A DNA stretch of 63,770 bases, the filler included, from Octopus bimaculoides (Eukaryota): assembly GCF_001194135.2 (NCBI RefSeq). It is 5 parts of 5 records of this genome, joined end to end, with 100 filler letters (N's around TTAATTAATTAA, not from the genome) between each part and the next. Parts side by side here need not be neighbours in the genome. Positions count along the whole stretch, not along the records: positions 30,409 to 53,742 come from NC_068988.1; 4 more parts are not named here. The stretch is one strand, 5' to 3'. Position numbers and translations under genes: made by a program. The notes under the pieces are model-generated. The model was given only the letters and a program-made list of their open reading frames with translations, ran no database searches and was not told the origin of the DNA. Below, piece by piece: positions 40,795-52,260 of the stretch (the first letter of the stretch is position 1; the number at the start of each line of letters is the position of its first letter).

Positions 40795-41225
40795 GCCTTC
40801 ATGTTCAGGAGCAAGAGTTAGCGATGGGTGCTAAACACTTGATAAACAAGTGGTAACTAACAAATCCTTGATCTACAAAAGGAATAACTACTAAATACTC
40901 GAGAAGCAAGTGCGATAGCTACGAAATACTTGATAAATAAGAGAGGCGCTTTTAAGCCCTCACTTGGGAAAATGAATGTCGATTAAGCTATAACTGTATA
41001 GAGTATATCACTTCATCAATAACTGTCAAAAAATTTTCAGGTTTTACCTCCCCATAAAAACATTTCATTCTTACAAAATAACTTTTTACAATAATATCTA
41101 CGGAAATGAGTGTGACATGGTTATACCAAAGGCACTCTTGAACTAGTATTCACATACTTAAAAATAAAGAATACTCGTGGAACATTCCATTAAGACAACA
41201 ACCCAATGCAAATGCAACAGGGTGC
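40795..41225 (+). mobile_element. R4/Dong-like LINE fragment (copy 5), highly degenerate
   Basis: Across frameshifts: HVQEQEL, IATKYLINKR, NECRL, NKEYSWNIP followed by a CKCNR-like segment. Confidence 0.65.
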
Positions 41226-41289
41226 ATTATTCTAGCGCTCATGTATATTTACGTGCTTGTCTATAATTTTAAATGCACATATGCGGATA

Positions 41290-41828
41290 CGACCCTGCAT
41301 ATATATGTTATGGAATACATTCATAAACACCAACTCAAGGAATACTGGTGGAATATTCCCATCCAAACTTCTGTCGAATGTAAACATAGCAGGCCGAATA
41401 TTGTTGTTTGGGACAGAGGGACAAAGGTATGTACCGTCATAGAGGTCAGCTGCTCTGCAGATGTAAATATCTTTTTGAAAGTCAAAGAAAAAGAGGATAT
41501 CTATGGACAACTGTTTCAAAACCTCCAGCTTCTATATCCAGACTATGAATTCATATTCATACCAATAATAATTAGGGCACTGGGTTTTGTTAATAAATGC
41601 TGAAAGGAGGATCTGGATGAACTGGGATTTTCAGGAAGAGAAATCGACCAGCTAATTCGTACATTACAAGTGCAAACTGTGTAAAAATATGCAAGACTTT
41701 TCTCAAGTTCTAAATGTGAATTTGTCTGTGTTAACTACATCCCAAAGATGGACCCTTGTATCTTTGTTGGAAACCGGCTCCCTCTTCAATGGAAGATTTA
41801 TAATAATTTTTAAAAAAACAGAATATAC
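41290..41828 (+). mobile_element. R4/Dong-like LINE RLE domain and 3' UTR (copy 6)
   Basis: KEYWWNIPIQTSVECKHSRPNIVVWDRGTKVCTVIEVSCSADVN...IPIIIRALGFV (PD-(D/E)xK-type RLE); ends in (TACA)n. Confidence 0.9.
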
Positions 41829-41849
41829 ATACATACATACATACATACA

Positions 41850-42860
41850 CGGCCAAGTTTGCGTACATGAGGCTGATAACATCTTAAGACTAGGAAGGAA
41901 GCTCCTTGAGCAACATTCTTTGTCTAATAACCTAGAATACACGCCTAAAGAAGTCACACAACTCAACCGCAACGAATCATCAAATGAAAGGATGAGCCTA
42001 TATGAGCAGAAGGCTATGCATGGATATGTTAGTAGAAAGCTTCGAGATGATAGTAACGTCGATCATCAAAGCAGTTTATCATGGATCAATAGCCGGATTA
42101 CTACCTCCCACTTTGAAGAGTATACGTTTGTAATCCAGGAACAGGAAATATCAACCAAGTACCTGATGCACAAAAGGGACAGAGATGCAAAAAAAGCAGT
42201 AAAGTGTGACAATCGATGCAGACTTTGTGGAGTCAGTATCGCAAACATCACCCATATCATAAGTAGTTGCCTGAAAATGTCATCACGGTATTATCTACCG
42301 ATGAGACATGATGTTGTAGCTAGGACACGCTATAATGATATCCGTCGGAAGGAAATAAGAATCCACAGTATGGTAGAAGCCATAGCCACTCATAATAAAA
42401 AGGAGTGCTGGTGGGATGTCCCAGTGAAGACCCCAATAAAATGTAAGCACAATAGATCTGATATAATGATTTGGGATAGAGAAGAGAAACTGTGTACAGT
42501 TGTGGAAACCAGCTGCCCGACGGATGTTAACATAAAGCGGTAGATCAGTGGAAAAGAGAATAGCTTCGCTGAACTATTGAGAAATCTGAAGTTACTCTAT
42601 TCCAGATGACAAGTTCAAGTATATACTTGTAATTATTGGGGCCCTGGGATATGTATCACACTGCTTAAATACCAATTTTGAGAAATTAGGCTTCTCAAAA
42701 CCAGAAAGGAGAAAGCTAATTCAAAGACTACAGATCCAATCCATCACTGGAACTGTAAAAATCTGTAAAACTTTCTGGAAGTTTATCATTTAGATATATG
42801 AGCATATCTAGATATGCAACTATATGCATGAAAATCTACACATATGCATACATACATACA
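41850..42860 (+). mobile_element. R4/Dong-like LINE 3' kilobase (copy 7), best preserved
   Basis: AMHGYV, IQEQEISTKY, zinc knuckle CRLC..ITHIISSC, RHDVVA, RLE region WWDVPVKT..KHNRSDIMIWDREEKLCTVVETSCP, then IIGALGYV...TVKICKTFWKFII*. Flanked by (TACA)n on both sides. Confidence 0.92.
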
Positions 42861-43126
42861 TGATGCCCATCTCTGTATGTGTATANNNNNNNNNNNNNNN
42901 NNNNNNNNNNNNNNNNNNNNNNNNNNNNNNNNNNNNNNNNNNNNNNNNNNNNNNNNNNNNNNNNNNNNNNNNNNNNNNNNNNNNNNNNNNNNNNNNNNNN
43001 NNNNNNNNNNNNNNNNNNNNNNNNNNNNNNNNNNNNNNNNNNNNNNNNNNNNNNNNNNNNNNNNNNNNNNNNNNNNNNNATATATAAATATATATATATA
43101 TATATGTATGTATATATATATATATC

Positions 43127-43173
<47 letters not shown>

Positions 43174-43195
43174 GTGTATACATATATGTATACGA

Positions 43196-43345
43196 CGAGC
43201 TTCTTTCAGTTTCCGTCTACCAAATCCACTCACAAGGCTTTAGTCGGACCGAAGTTATAGTAGAAGACATTTGACCAAGGTGCCATACAGTGGGACCGAA
43301 CGCAAACCATGTGGTTGGGAAGTAAGCTTCTTATCATACAGCCAT
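43196..43345 (-). mobile_element. SINE family A 5' half
   Basis: CTTCTTTCAGTTTCCGTCTACCAAATCCACTCACAAGGC...CCATGTGGTTGGGAAGTAAGCTTC. Confidence 0.85.
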
Positions 43346-43760
43346 ATACATAAAGCATGTTTCTGCAGATATAAACACACACACACACACACACACTGGC
43401 GTACACAGCCAATGAACTAATAAGATATTAGATAATCACATAAGGGACATAACTCTATGCCTTATTGAAAAATTCATGATGTGGTTTTGAAAGTAGGTTA
43501 AAGAATATTGAGTCAACGAAAAGGTAACGGTAAAGTAATTATAAATACATAGACATTTGATTAATTATGATGTACTTAACCACGTAATAGATTTAATGCT
43601 AAGATTTTCCGGTAGCGATTGATATTCAATGATGGAGAAAATACTAATTCAAATATTTCAATTTCATAAATAACGACACCAGAATAGGAAAATTACGTGA
43701 CAAGATACGACAAAAATTAAAAAAAAAAAAGCAAAGCAAAACAAATCAAGACATATTTTG

Positions 43761-44359
43761 GATCTTTTTTAAAACGGGGGCCATATTTTTCATTAACGAA
43801 ACACTTTGAAACTTGGAACACTGGTAGAATGTGTCATATAAAACATCTTTTTCTCTTAGTCTTCTTTAAAAAAAATAGAAACCCATAACTTATTCCATGT
43901 TAAAGTTGTCGTATTTCTGTAATTTCAACCAATCACTGACGTCCATTCAGCCGATATACATTAAGTGCCGACTACATAAACAAACGATTCTGAAACAATT
44001 AACCCTAACCTTAACCCTAACCCTAACCCTAGGGTTAGGGTTAGGGTTAGGGTTAGGGTTAGGGTTAAAGCAAATTTAAAATGAAAAAAGCAAATAAAAC
44101 GAAGGTATGGAGATTAAATACGCTTTACATCGCTTAATCAGCCAAAGGAGTAAATATAAACAACTGAATACTTGTCAGTGATTGGTTGAAATTATCGAAA
44201 TAAGACAATTTTTTTACATGAAATAAATTCGAATACAAAAATATTTTTCTGTTCTATAACACAAAATAGATAAGTATACGAAGTTTGAAAGTCTTTCCGT
44301 ACTAAAAACACTACGTAAAACATTAATGAAAAATGTGGCCCCCGTTTTAAAATAGATCC
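43761..44359. mobile_element. Merlin-type MITE (599 bp) with central telomeric-repeat palindrome
   Basis: TIRs GGATCTTTTTTAAAACGGGGGCCA / TGGCCCCCGTTTTAAAATAGATCC. Flanks CATATTTT(T) / CATATTTT(A), consistent with an 8-9-bp TSD. Internal inverted repeat TTTCAACCAATCACTGAC / GTCAGTGATTGGTTGAAA. Confidence 0.85.
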
Positions 44360-44839
44360 CATATTTTAAAATATCTATCTTAAATTTCTTAACCTAAAAT
44401 TCCAAAGTACATTTCATATTGTTAGATATAATTTACTAAGTGTTCAATCTTTCCCTTTGGCTACCAAGACTGCCAGATTAATAACTTTTTTCCCTTAAGA
44501 AACAAAATACTAACAATAACAGTATTGTATTTAAACACAAGGAAGATTTTCTGTGTCTGCCGATGTGCTGTAATAAAACACCATTAGGCTTCCTAATTAT
44601 TTACGTGTAAAACGGCAGCGCTTATAACTCAATAGATATTCATTTTTATATTTAATGGCTGTAGTTATTTCGGTAGTTTGGTTTTCGACTGGCATCCGGG
44701 GCTAATGCAATTTCGCACCTCTCCTTGATAAATGCATTTTTCTTTTTTTTTTAAATTTCGGATTAAAAGGTGGGAATCCGAAAACTTTTTTTTTTTAAAG
44801 ATGCATTTTTCAAGGCGCGAAACTGCATCACCCCCTTGT

Positions 44840-45166
44840 ATCCATTTATTCGGTGAATGAGGTCCTGGCCAGAATTTCATCGCAGTTAAAGAAGGAAACA
44901 CGACGATGGCTCTCTGAAGTTTTGTATGTATATAAGTATATGTGAATATGCACACACACACGCACACACACACACACACACACCCACATACACACGATAA
45001 TGACTTTTAATTACGCTTCTTTGTTTATCGAATGTGTGTAGAAAAACATCTTTTTAAAATATACGTTTTAGAATAGCCTAACCCTAACCCTAAAACTATT
45101 TTTTCTACGAAAGTACACCAAAAATACAGATGAGTTCTTTTAATGTATATAAGTTCAATTTACAAC
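44840..45166 (+). mobile_element. Unclassified interspersed repeat, copy 1 (carries CCTAACCCTAACCCTAA)
   Basis: Colinear with 52795-53115. Confidence 0.6.
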
Positions 45167-45584
45167 NNNNNNNNNNNNNNNNNNNNNNNNNNNNNNNNNN
45201 NNNNNNNNNNNNNNNNNNNNNNNNNNNNNNNNNNNNNNNNNNNNNNNNNNNNNNNNNNNNNNNNNNNNNNNNNNNNNNNNNNNNNNNNNNNNNNNNNNNN
45301 NNNNNNNNNNNNNNNNNNNNNNNNNNNNNNNNNNNNNNNNNNNNNNNNNNNNNNNNNNNNNNNNNNNNNNNNNNNNNNNNNNNNNNNNNNNNNNNNNNNN
45401 NNNNNNNNNNNNNNNNNNNNNNNNNNNNNNNNNNNNNNNNNNNNNNNNNNNNNNNNNNNNNNNNNNNNNNNNNNNNNNNNNNNNNNNNNNNNNNNNNNNN
45501 NNNNNNNNNNNNNNNNNNNNNNNNNNNNNNNNNNNNNNNNNNNNNNNNNNNNNNNNNNNNNNNNNNNNTAATATACCTGCATAT

Positions 45585-45748
45585 ATATTCGTCTGTCTTT
45601 ACGTTCTGAGTTCAAATTCCGCCGAGGTCGACTTTGCCTTTCATCCTTTCGGGGTCGATAAATTAAGTACCAGTTGCATACTGGTGTTGATTTAATCGAC
45701 TGACCACCTCCCCAAAAATTTCAGGCCTTGTGCCTAAAGTAGAAAAGT
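45585..45748 (+). mobile_element. SINE family B, 5'-truncated by gap
   Basis: GTTCTGAGTTCAAATTCCGCCGAGGTCGACTTTGCC...GGCCTTGTGCCTAAAGTAGAAAAG. Confidence 0.9.
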
Positions 45749-45989
45749 GTATATATAGAAAACGACAATATGTATTTTAAAATATGCACCAGGTGTCAGC
45801 GTGGGAGCTTAGCTATGTGGTTACTTCGTTTTATCAAATGTCTAAGTAGGTGTTTCAAACTTGTGCCACCAAAAGCGCAACCTCCCGCACTCTTTTTCCT
45901 GTTCCCCCCCACAGATTCTTTTTCTATCATCATTACTCATTTTAGTTCAAATAGTGAAGGGGAAACAACCAATCGGAACTCTTTTGTTA

Positions 45990-46440
45990 TAATCAATAAT
46001 AAAGTTGATAAAAATAAATTTTGTAATCGCAAGAATAAGCCCAACTGTAAATCTAATAATTTCTGTAAATGCAGTAATCTGGTATATCAGTGCCATTGTT
46101 GAATCTGAAGGTAATAATTATTTATTTATTGAAGCAACTGAATTGCTTTATAAAGAAAAGAATAGCTAACCACGTAAGTAGTTTTAGGAATTGTCTAAAA
46201 ATTAACAATACAAGTCTTAGTAAGTTCCTTTGGAGAATATAGGGCAACAATAAGAGTTATGAAATCAAATGGAAAATTAATCAAATGGAGTCACGCTAGA
46301 CCATATAGTATCAATGACAGGCGGTGTGAACTTTGTGTGGAAGAAATTACCAAGTATTATTTTTCAGGCGTCAACTACTTAATTCTAGAAATGAAAAAGT
46401 TGTTTTCTGTACACGCGTCTAAGTATACTTTTCTCTAAAT
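45990..46440 (+). mobile_element. Penelope-like element GIY-YIG endonuclease region, degenerate
   Basis: Across frameshifts: CNRKNKPNC..CKCSNLVYQC, KKRIANHVSSFRN, NTSLSKFLW, EIKWKI, ARPYS..RRCELC, LNSRNE. This matches the C-terminus of a PLE ORF. Confidence 0.8.
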
Positions 46441-46869
46441 ATTGCTAGACCATATATTAAATGCATACATATAATGTAATATGAAGTAATAAAGTACAAA
46501 CATATAGTATATAATTTTTGTATAAATGAAATTGTAATAATTAGCAATATCAATGTGTTAATATAAACAACATACAAGAAAAGATAACTCTATTGTTTTT
46601 ATGATACACATACCAGCCCGTCGAGGCATGGCATTATACAAAGTAACGGTAAATAAATATTTCTTTACAACTTCGATCACTGTACTTCTTCCATCTTGCA
46701 ACCAACACCTTAACGGTACTTTTTAGTAATCTCACCCCCATTAAAATATTGCCATTAATAAGTGGGGTTATCTACCCACGAAAATCTTAGGTTATTTCCC
46801 TTCAAGTGAGCTTTATATACATCTTATTAATTTTTCTTGAGATTTATTTACATATAGGATATTATAAGA

Positions 46870-47590
46870 ACTGATATAAATACTATCTTCATGATATAAA
46901 ACAAGCATCGCAATTTTTGAGATGTGTTGTAGAGTTAAATATTAATAAATATTCTCTTTTTGGGAAATCTTTTTTCGAATATAGTTCAGTCCGGAAAAGT
47001 CAATTTGCAAACATGACAAGTATCAAATTTTGTAAAAGTAAGCTTCAAATGAAAGCCAATTGCGTTGTTCAGTGGAATAACTATTTGAGAGAAGTTTGTG
47101 CTGCACACATTTTGGCTAACTCAAGAGTGATCGGAGGACACAGCATGACTGCTGAAATCGATGAAAATATGTGCACTAAAAGAAAAAAACTGCGTTGGAC
47201 GTCAACTACCTCAACAATGGGTTTTAGGAGGTTGAGAAACAAAATAGTGTTTCGTGTTTGTTGTCTCTGACAGGTCTGCGACAACACTTCTTCCAATGAT
47301 AGATGATAATAGAAGACCGGGTACTACCATCATAAGTGAGGAATGTTCAGCATATAAAAATATAATTAATATTGGTCATTTTAAGCATCTCAATCATTCT
47401 CTATACTTTGTCAATCCTACTAATGGAGCTCACACCCAAAATACTGAAAGACTTTGGAAGAGTGCTAAAGAAAAATATAAAAGACAAAATGGCACTCACA
47501 GAGGTTATGTGGTGACTAAAGATTAATTAAAAGAGTCAGATCCTTTTGATTCAATAATTCGACACATTGTTGACTTTTGGCCTCCTCAAT
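46870..47590 (+). mobile_element. Merlin (IS1016/IS1595-related DDE) transposase remnant
   Basis: WNNYLREVC..IGGHSMTAEIDENMCTKRK, SDRSATTLLPMI..RPGTTIISEECSAY..HLNHSLYFVNPTNGAHTQNTERLWKSAK, C-terminal DPFDSII..FWPP. Contains frameshifts and stops. Confidence 0.9.
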
Positions 47591-47880
47591 ATGCATTCAA
47601 TAAGATGTTTAATCTTTTATATGATTTGTTATGAAAAATATTAGCAGATTCAATACGATGGTTCATCTTTCCGCTTTTCATGTATATCGTGTGTGTGTGT
47701 GTGTGTGTGTAAAATATATATGTATATATATTTATATATATAAATAATCTACATACATATATAACATACATTTACGTATGTATATAGCGTTATATTTATA
47801 TATTTGTATATATGCATGCATTCTGATTTGTATGTATATGTGCCTATAGGAATGTTGACATGATTTGTTTTTTTTTTCTT

Positions 47881-47919
<39 letters not shown>

Positions 47920-48267
47920 AAGAAGAGAATATTGTCTCCAGATATTATTACCTAGGGAGATTAAATACTGACCTCGTCAATCACCGACGCTGGCCTGTGT
48001 GTGTAAATATGTGTATGTACGTACGTATGTATGTATGTATGTATGTATGTATGTATGTGTGTGCATGTTTTTATGTATATATGTATAAGTATATATCCAC
48101 AACTTCCATCACCATTACTTCTTTATTCAATATCCTTCCATGCACTGGAATAGGTTTTCAGTATCCAGTTATAATGTATTCAAAGGATACATATTTAGAT
48201 GTCATTTCTGTAATCTGTCGCTTCTTAGTGAATTATAATAAATTGCCGTTACTAATTTTTGCCAGTT

Positions 48268-48388
48268 GAGTGGACTGGAGTAACGTGAAATTAAGCGCTT
48301 TCTTCGAGAACACAATGCGTCGCCCGGTCCAGGAATCGAAATCACAATCATGAGATCAACGCACTAACCATTAAATCACGCGCCTCCA
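48268..48388 (-). mobile_element. SINE family D head
   Basis: The reverse complement gives GGAGGCGCGTGATTTAATGGTTAGTGC and B-box-like GATTTCGATTCCTGG. Confidence 0.7.
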
Positions 48389-49681
48389 TACACACACACA
48401 TACATACATACATATGTGTGTGTGTGAGTGTGTGTTTGTGTGTGTGTGTGTGTTTGTATATACGCACACATCTGCGTGTATGTAAGTCTGTATACAAATG
48501 TATGTGTGTGTATGTTTTTTATGTATGTGTATATATGCATGTGCCTGCGTATATATGTAGAAACACAAGTACTGCGCGCGCGCACACACGCATACACAAA
48601 CGCGCACAAATCAAGTCCCACGGTCATCCTAGCCTTAGCTCTATTTCACTGCATATCCAATAGTAACATTTCAAGGGAGATAACTCTAAAGAAACTTTCT
48701 TTTTTGTCTTATCCGCCATGCATTTTCCGTTCGGTTTCAATATGAGTGATGCAGTTCATCAATCTTCTGACTTCCCTGTTGTTGAGGGGGAGGAGTAAAT
48801 GGCTGAGTATTCCATAGACACATCCACCATTAACTTAATTCTCAGGCACATTCAAAGTGACACTCTATGTGGTAAGGGTACACCTTCGGATTACATGTAA
48901 AATCTATCGGATGGGTTTTTTGAACGGTTTCATTATATTCATGATTCGATCCGAGTCTATAAAAAATAGCATTTGCCCAAGATGTCCTGGAGTGGGATCA
49001 ATCTCCAGACCTCACGATCACAAAGCAGGCTCGTTAACCGTTCGGTCATTCTACGTATAATGTACAAGCACACACACACTCTCTTCTTTCTCTCTCTCTC
49101 CTCTTTGTCTGTCTCTCTCGCTCTCTTGCAATCGACGATATCCTATAATTGACATCATTGATTTGTGGAGATGATGATAAAAGGGAAACAAGTATTTCCC
49201 TCTCTCTCTCTCTCACTCACTCTCTTGTGATGGAAGATATCCTAAAATTGACATCATTGATTTGTGGAGATGATGATAAAAGAGGAACAAATGTTCCTTT
49301 CAAAGTACTATGAAGTAAGACCTACACATAACAAAATAATTGTCTTGTCTCTAATCAGGAAGACTTTGTCTTCTGAAAACCTCAACTTTATCAGAAATTT
49401 TAACTTCACATCTAGTAACTTTAACGCCAAGCACACATTCAAAATATTAACATCATTGCTTAATTTTCTTTGATTATTATAAACATAGTTATAATAGTGT
49501 TTCCTGCATCACTGCTATGTTAGATGATGAAGAAAGCTGCAAACGCAGCGTACAATGGGAGGTACACTGAGATTTGCATCACTGACTTGGGGGGAGGACA
49601 ACAAACATGAAGCAATCAAAGAAGTCCCCCTGTAAAATTTTTAGTCGACTGAATCAAGCTCCGTACTTACCTATCTATCTC

Positions 49682-49724
<43 letters not shown>

Positions 49725-49997
49725 GTCTATCTATCTGCCTGTCTGTCTGTTTGTCTATTTGTCTGTCTGTCTGTCTGTCTGTCTATCATGGTGGCTTGTC
49801 ATATGATGTGCCGTGTGTTTGTGTATGTCTGTGTATCCATCACCCAAATAAGATCATTTTTTCTCCTTTTTTTTACGACTACGACTACCACGAAGGTCAC
49901 TGTGATTCTCTTATTTTCGTCTTTATCGATGTTGGTGCTAATATCGCAATATTACTTTTGTATTTGTACTTGTGTTCCCCGGGTTATTAGGAGGTAA

Positions 49998-50594
49998 GGA
50001 TCTTGTTCAAAACGGGGGCACCAGTATTTTCTTAACGAAACACTAACGAAACTTGGGACACTGGTAGAATGTGTCATATAAAACATCTTTTACTCTTAGT
50101 CTTCTTAACAAAAAAACCTACATCGCAAGTTATTTCATGTTAAAGTTGTATTTCTGTAATTTCAACCAATCACTGACGTCTATTCAGCTGAATAGAGTTA
50201 CTGCTAGGCGGTCATAAAAATGTTATTCCCTGTGACATATTTCATCCGGTTTAATCGTAATTTATACGCATATATTGTTTATATAATAAATTACGCTGTG
50301 CGTATCCATGTGTGTAACAATTTTAGAGTTCGGATTCTAGAGTTAGGGTTAGGGTTAGGGGATTAATACGATATACACCGTTACAGCGCTAACTGTTTTC
50401 AACTGAATAGACGTCAGTGATTAGTAGAAATTATCGAAATAAGACAATTTTTTACATGAAATAAATTCGAATACAAAAATTTTTTTCTGTTCTATAACAC
50501 AAAATAGATAAGTATACGAAGTTTGAAAGTCTTTCGGTACCAAAAACACTACATAAAACATAAATGAAAACTGTTGCCGTTTTGAAATAGATCC
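49998..50594. mobile_element. Merlin-type MITE (597 bp) with perfect 8-bp TSD
   Basis: TSD GGAGGTAA at 49990-49997 and 50595-50602. Ends GGATCTTGTTCAAAACGG / CCGTTTTGAAATAGATCC. Internal (TTAGGG)n near 50340-50360. Confidence 0.92.
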
Positions 50595-51326
50595 GGAGGT
50601 AATGTACAACACTTTCGCAGAGAATTCAGAAAAAAATCCAACAGGACTTAATTATATTCCACCCGATGAAGAGTCGCACACAACTGTTGCTGAAACATAT
50701 TCAACTATATAGTAATTATAAAGAGTCCAACACCCTAACCACTAAGTCACGCGTCTCCACATACATACATACATACATACATGTGTGTGTGAGGGTGTGT
50801 TTGTATACACGCACATATCAGAGTGTATGTCAGTCCGTATATAAATGTATGTGTTTTTTGTATGTATATGGATATATGCCTGATATATGTGTCTGAGTAT
50901 GTATGTAGACACACAAGTACGTGCGCGCGCGCACGGACACACACACGCAAACGCATACACATCAAGTCCCAACACACGGTCACCCCAGCCTTGACATTTT
51001 GTGATCGGACCCTATTCACGGGAGATAACTCTAAGAAAACAGTTTCTTTCCTTGTCTTATCTGCCATGCCTTTTTCGTTTGGTTTCAATAAGAGTGAGGC
51101 AGTTTTTCAATCTTCTGACTTCCCTGTTGTTGAGAACAGGAGTAAGTGGTTGAGTATTCCACAGACACATCTGTGTGTGTGTCTCTCTTGCTCTGTGAGT
51201 CTGTCTTTCTCTGCCTAACTGCCTGTCTCTTTCCGTCTCTCCCATTCTCTCTCTGTTTCTCTGTCTGTCTGTCTATTATCATTCTGTCTCTTGGTCTCTC
51301 TCTCTCTCTCTTTCTCTATCTCTATC

Positions 51327-51373
<47 letters not shown>

Positions 51374-52086
51374 GTCTGTCTTCCTTTCTCTCCTTATCTC
51401 TCTCTTCTTTTCGCTGTTGGTACTGCCAGGCATTATTTAGGACATTTAAGGAAAAAAAAAAAACATCTACTGACAACAATTGTGTTACTTTTTCACGTAC
51501 GTAAAGTTTAACTGAAATTTCTATTATAATTCCTGCAAAGTTAGGTAATAATTCAGGTTTTTCTATTGATTTTAGAATTAATCAGAAAGAAAATTACGTA
51601 TGGCTATGTGCGTGCTCTTCGGAGAAAAACAACATTTTTACATACTCAAATGTCTAAAAATGAAACNNNNNNNNNNNNNNNNNNNNNNNNNNNNNNNNNN
51701 NNNNNNNNNNNNNNNNNNNNNNNNNNNNNNNNNNNNNNNNNNNNNNNNNNNNNNNNNNNNNNNNNNNNNNNNNNNNNNNNNNNNNNNNNNNNNNNNNNNN
51801 NNNNNNNNNNNNNNNNNNNNNNNNNNNNNNNNNNNNNNNNNNNNNNNNNNNNNNNNNNNNNNNNNNNNNNNNNNNNNNNNNNNNNNNNNNNNNNNNNNNN
51901 NNNNNNNNNNNNNNNNNNNNNNNNNNNNNNNNNNNNNNNNNNNNNNNNNNNNNNNNNNNNNNNNNNNNNNNNNNNNNNNNNNNNNNNNNNNNNNNNNNNN
52001 NNNNNNNNNNNNNNNNNNNNNNNNNNNNNNNNNNNNNNNNNNNNNNNNNNNNNNNNNNNNNNNNNNNNNNNNTATATATATATATA

Positions 52087-52260
52087 TCGCTTGACAACCG
52101 ATGGTGGTGTGTTTGCGTCTCCGTAACTTAGCGGTTCGGCAAAAGAGACGATAGAATAAGTACTAGGCATCCAAAGAATAAGTCCTGGGGTCAGTTTGCT
52201 CGACTAAAGGCGGTGCTCCAGCATGGCCGCAGTCAAATGACTGAAACAAGTAAAAGAGTA
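52087..52260 (+). mobile_element. SINE family A 3' half
   Basis: Well-conserved tail ending AAATGACTGAAACAAGTAAAAGAGTA. Confidence 0.9.

Noticed and set aside
43999-44068. Relic of a chromosome end-to-end fusion or a true telomere
   Set aside because: Fusion junctions read (TTAGGG)n(CCCTAA)n. This one is the reverse arrangement and sits inside a TIR/TSD-bounded element with sister copies.
46870-47590. Bacterial IS1595 contamination or horizontal transfer
   Set aside because: It is embedded in microsatellite-rich host DNA and decayed, and eukaryotic Merlin transposases share these motifs.
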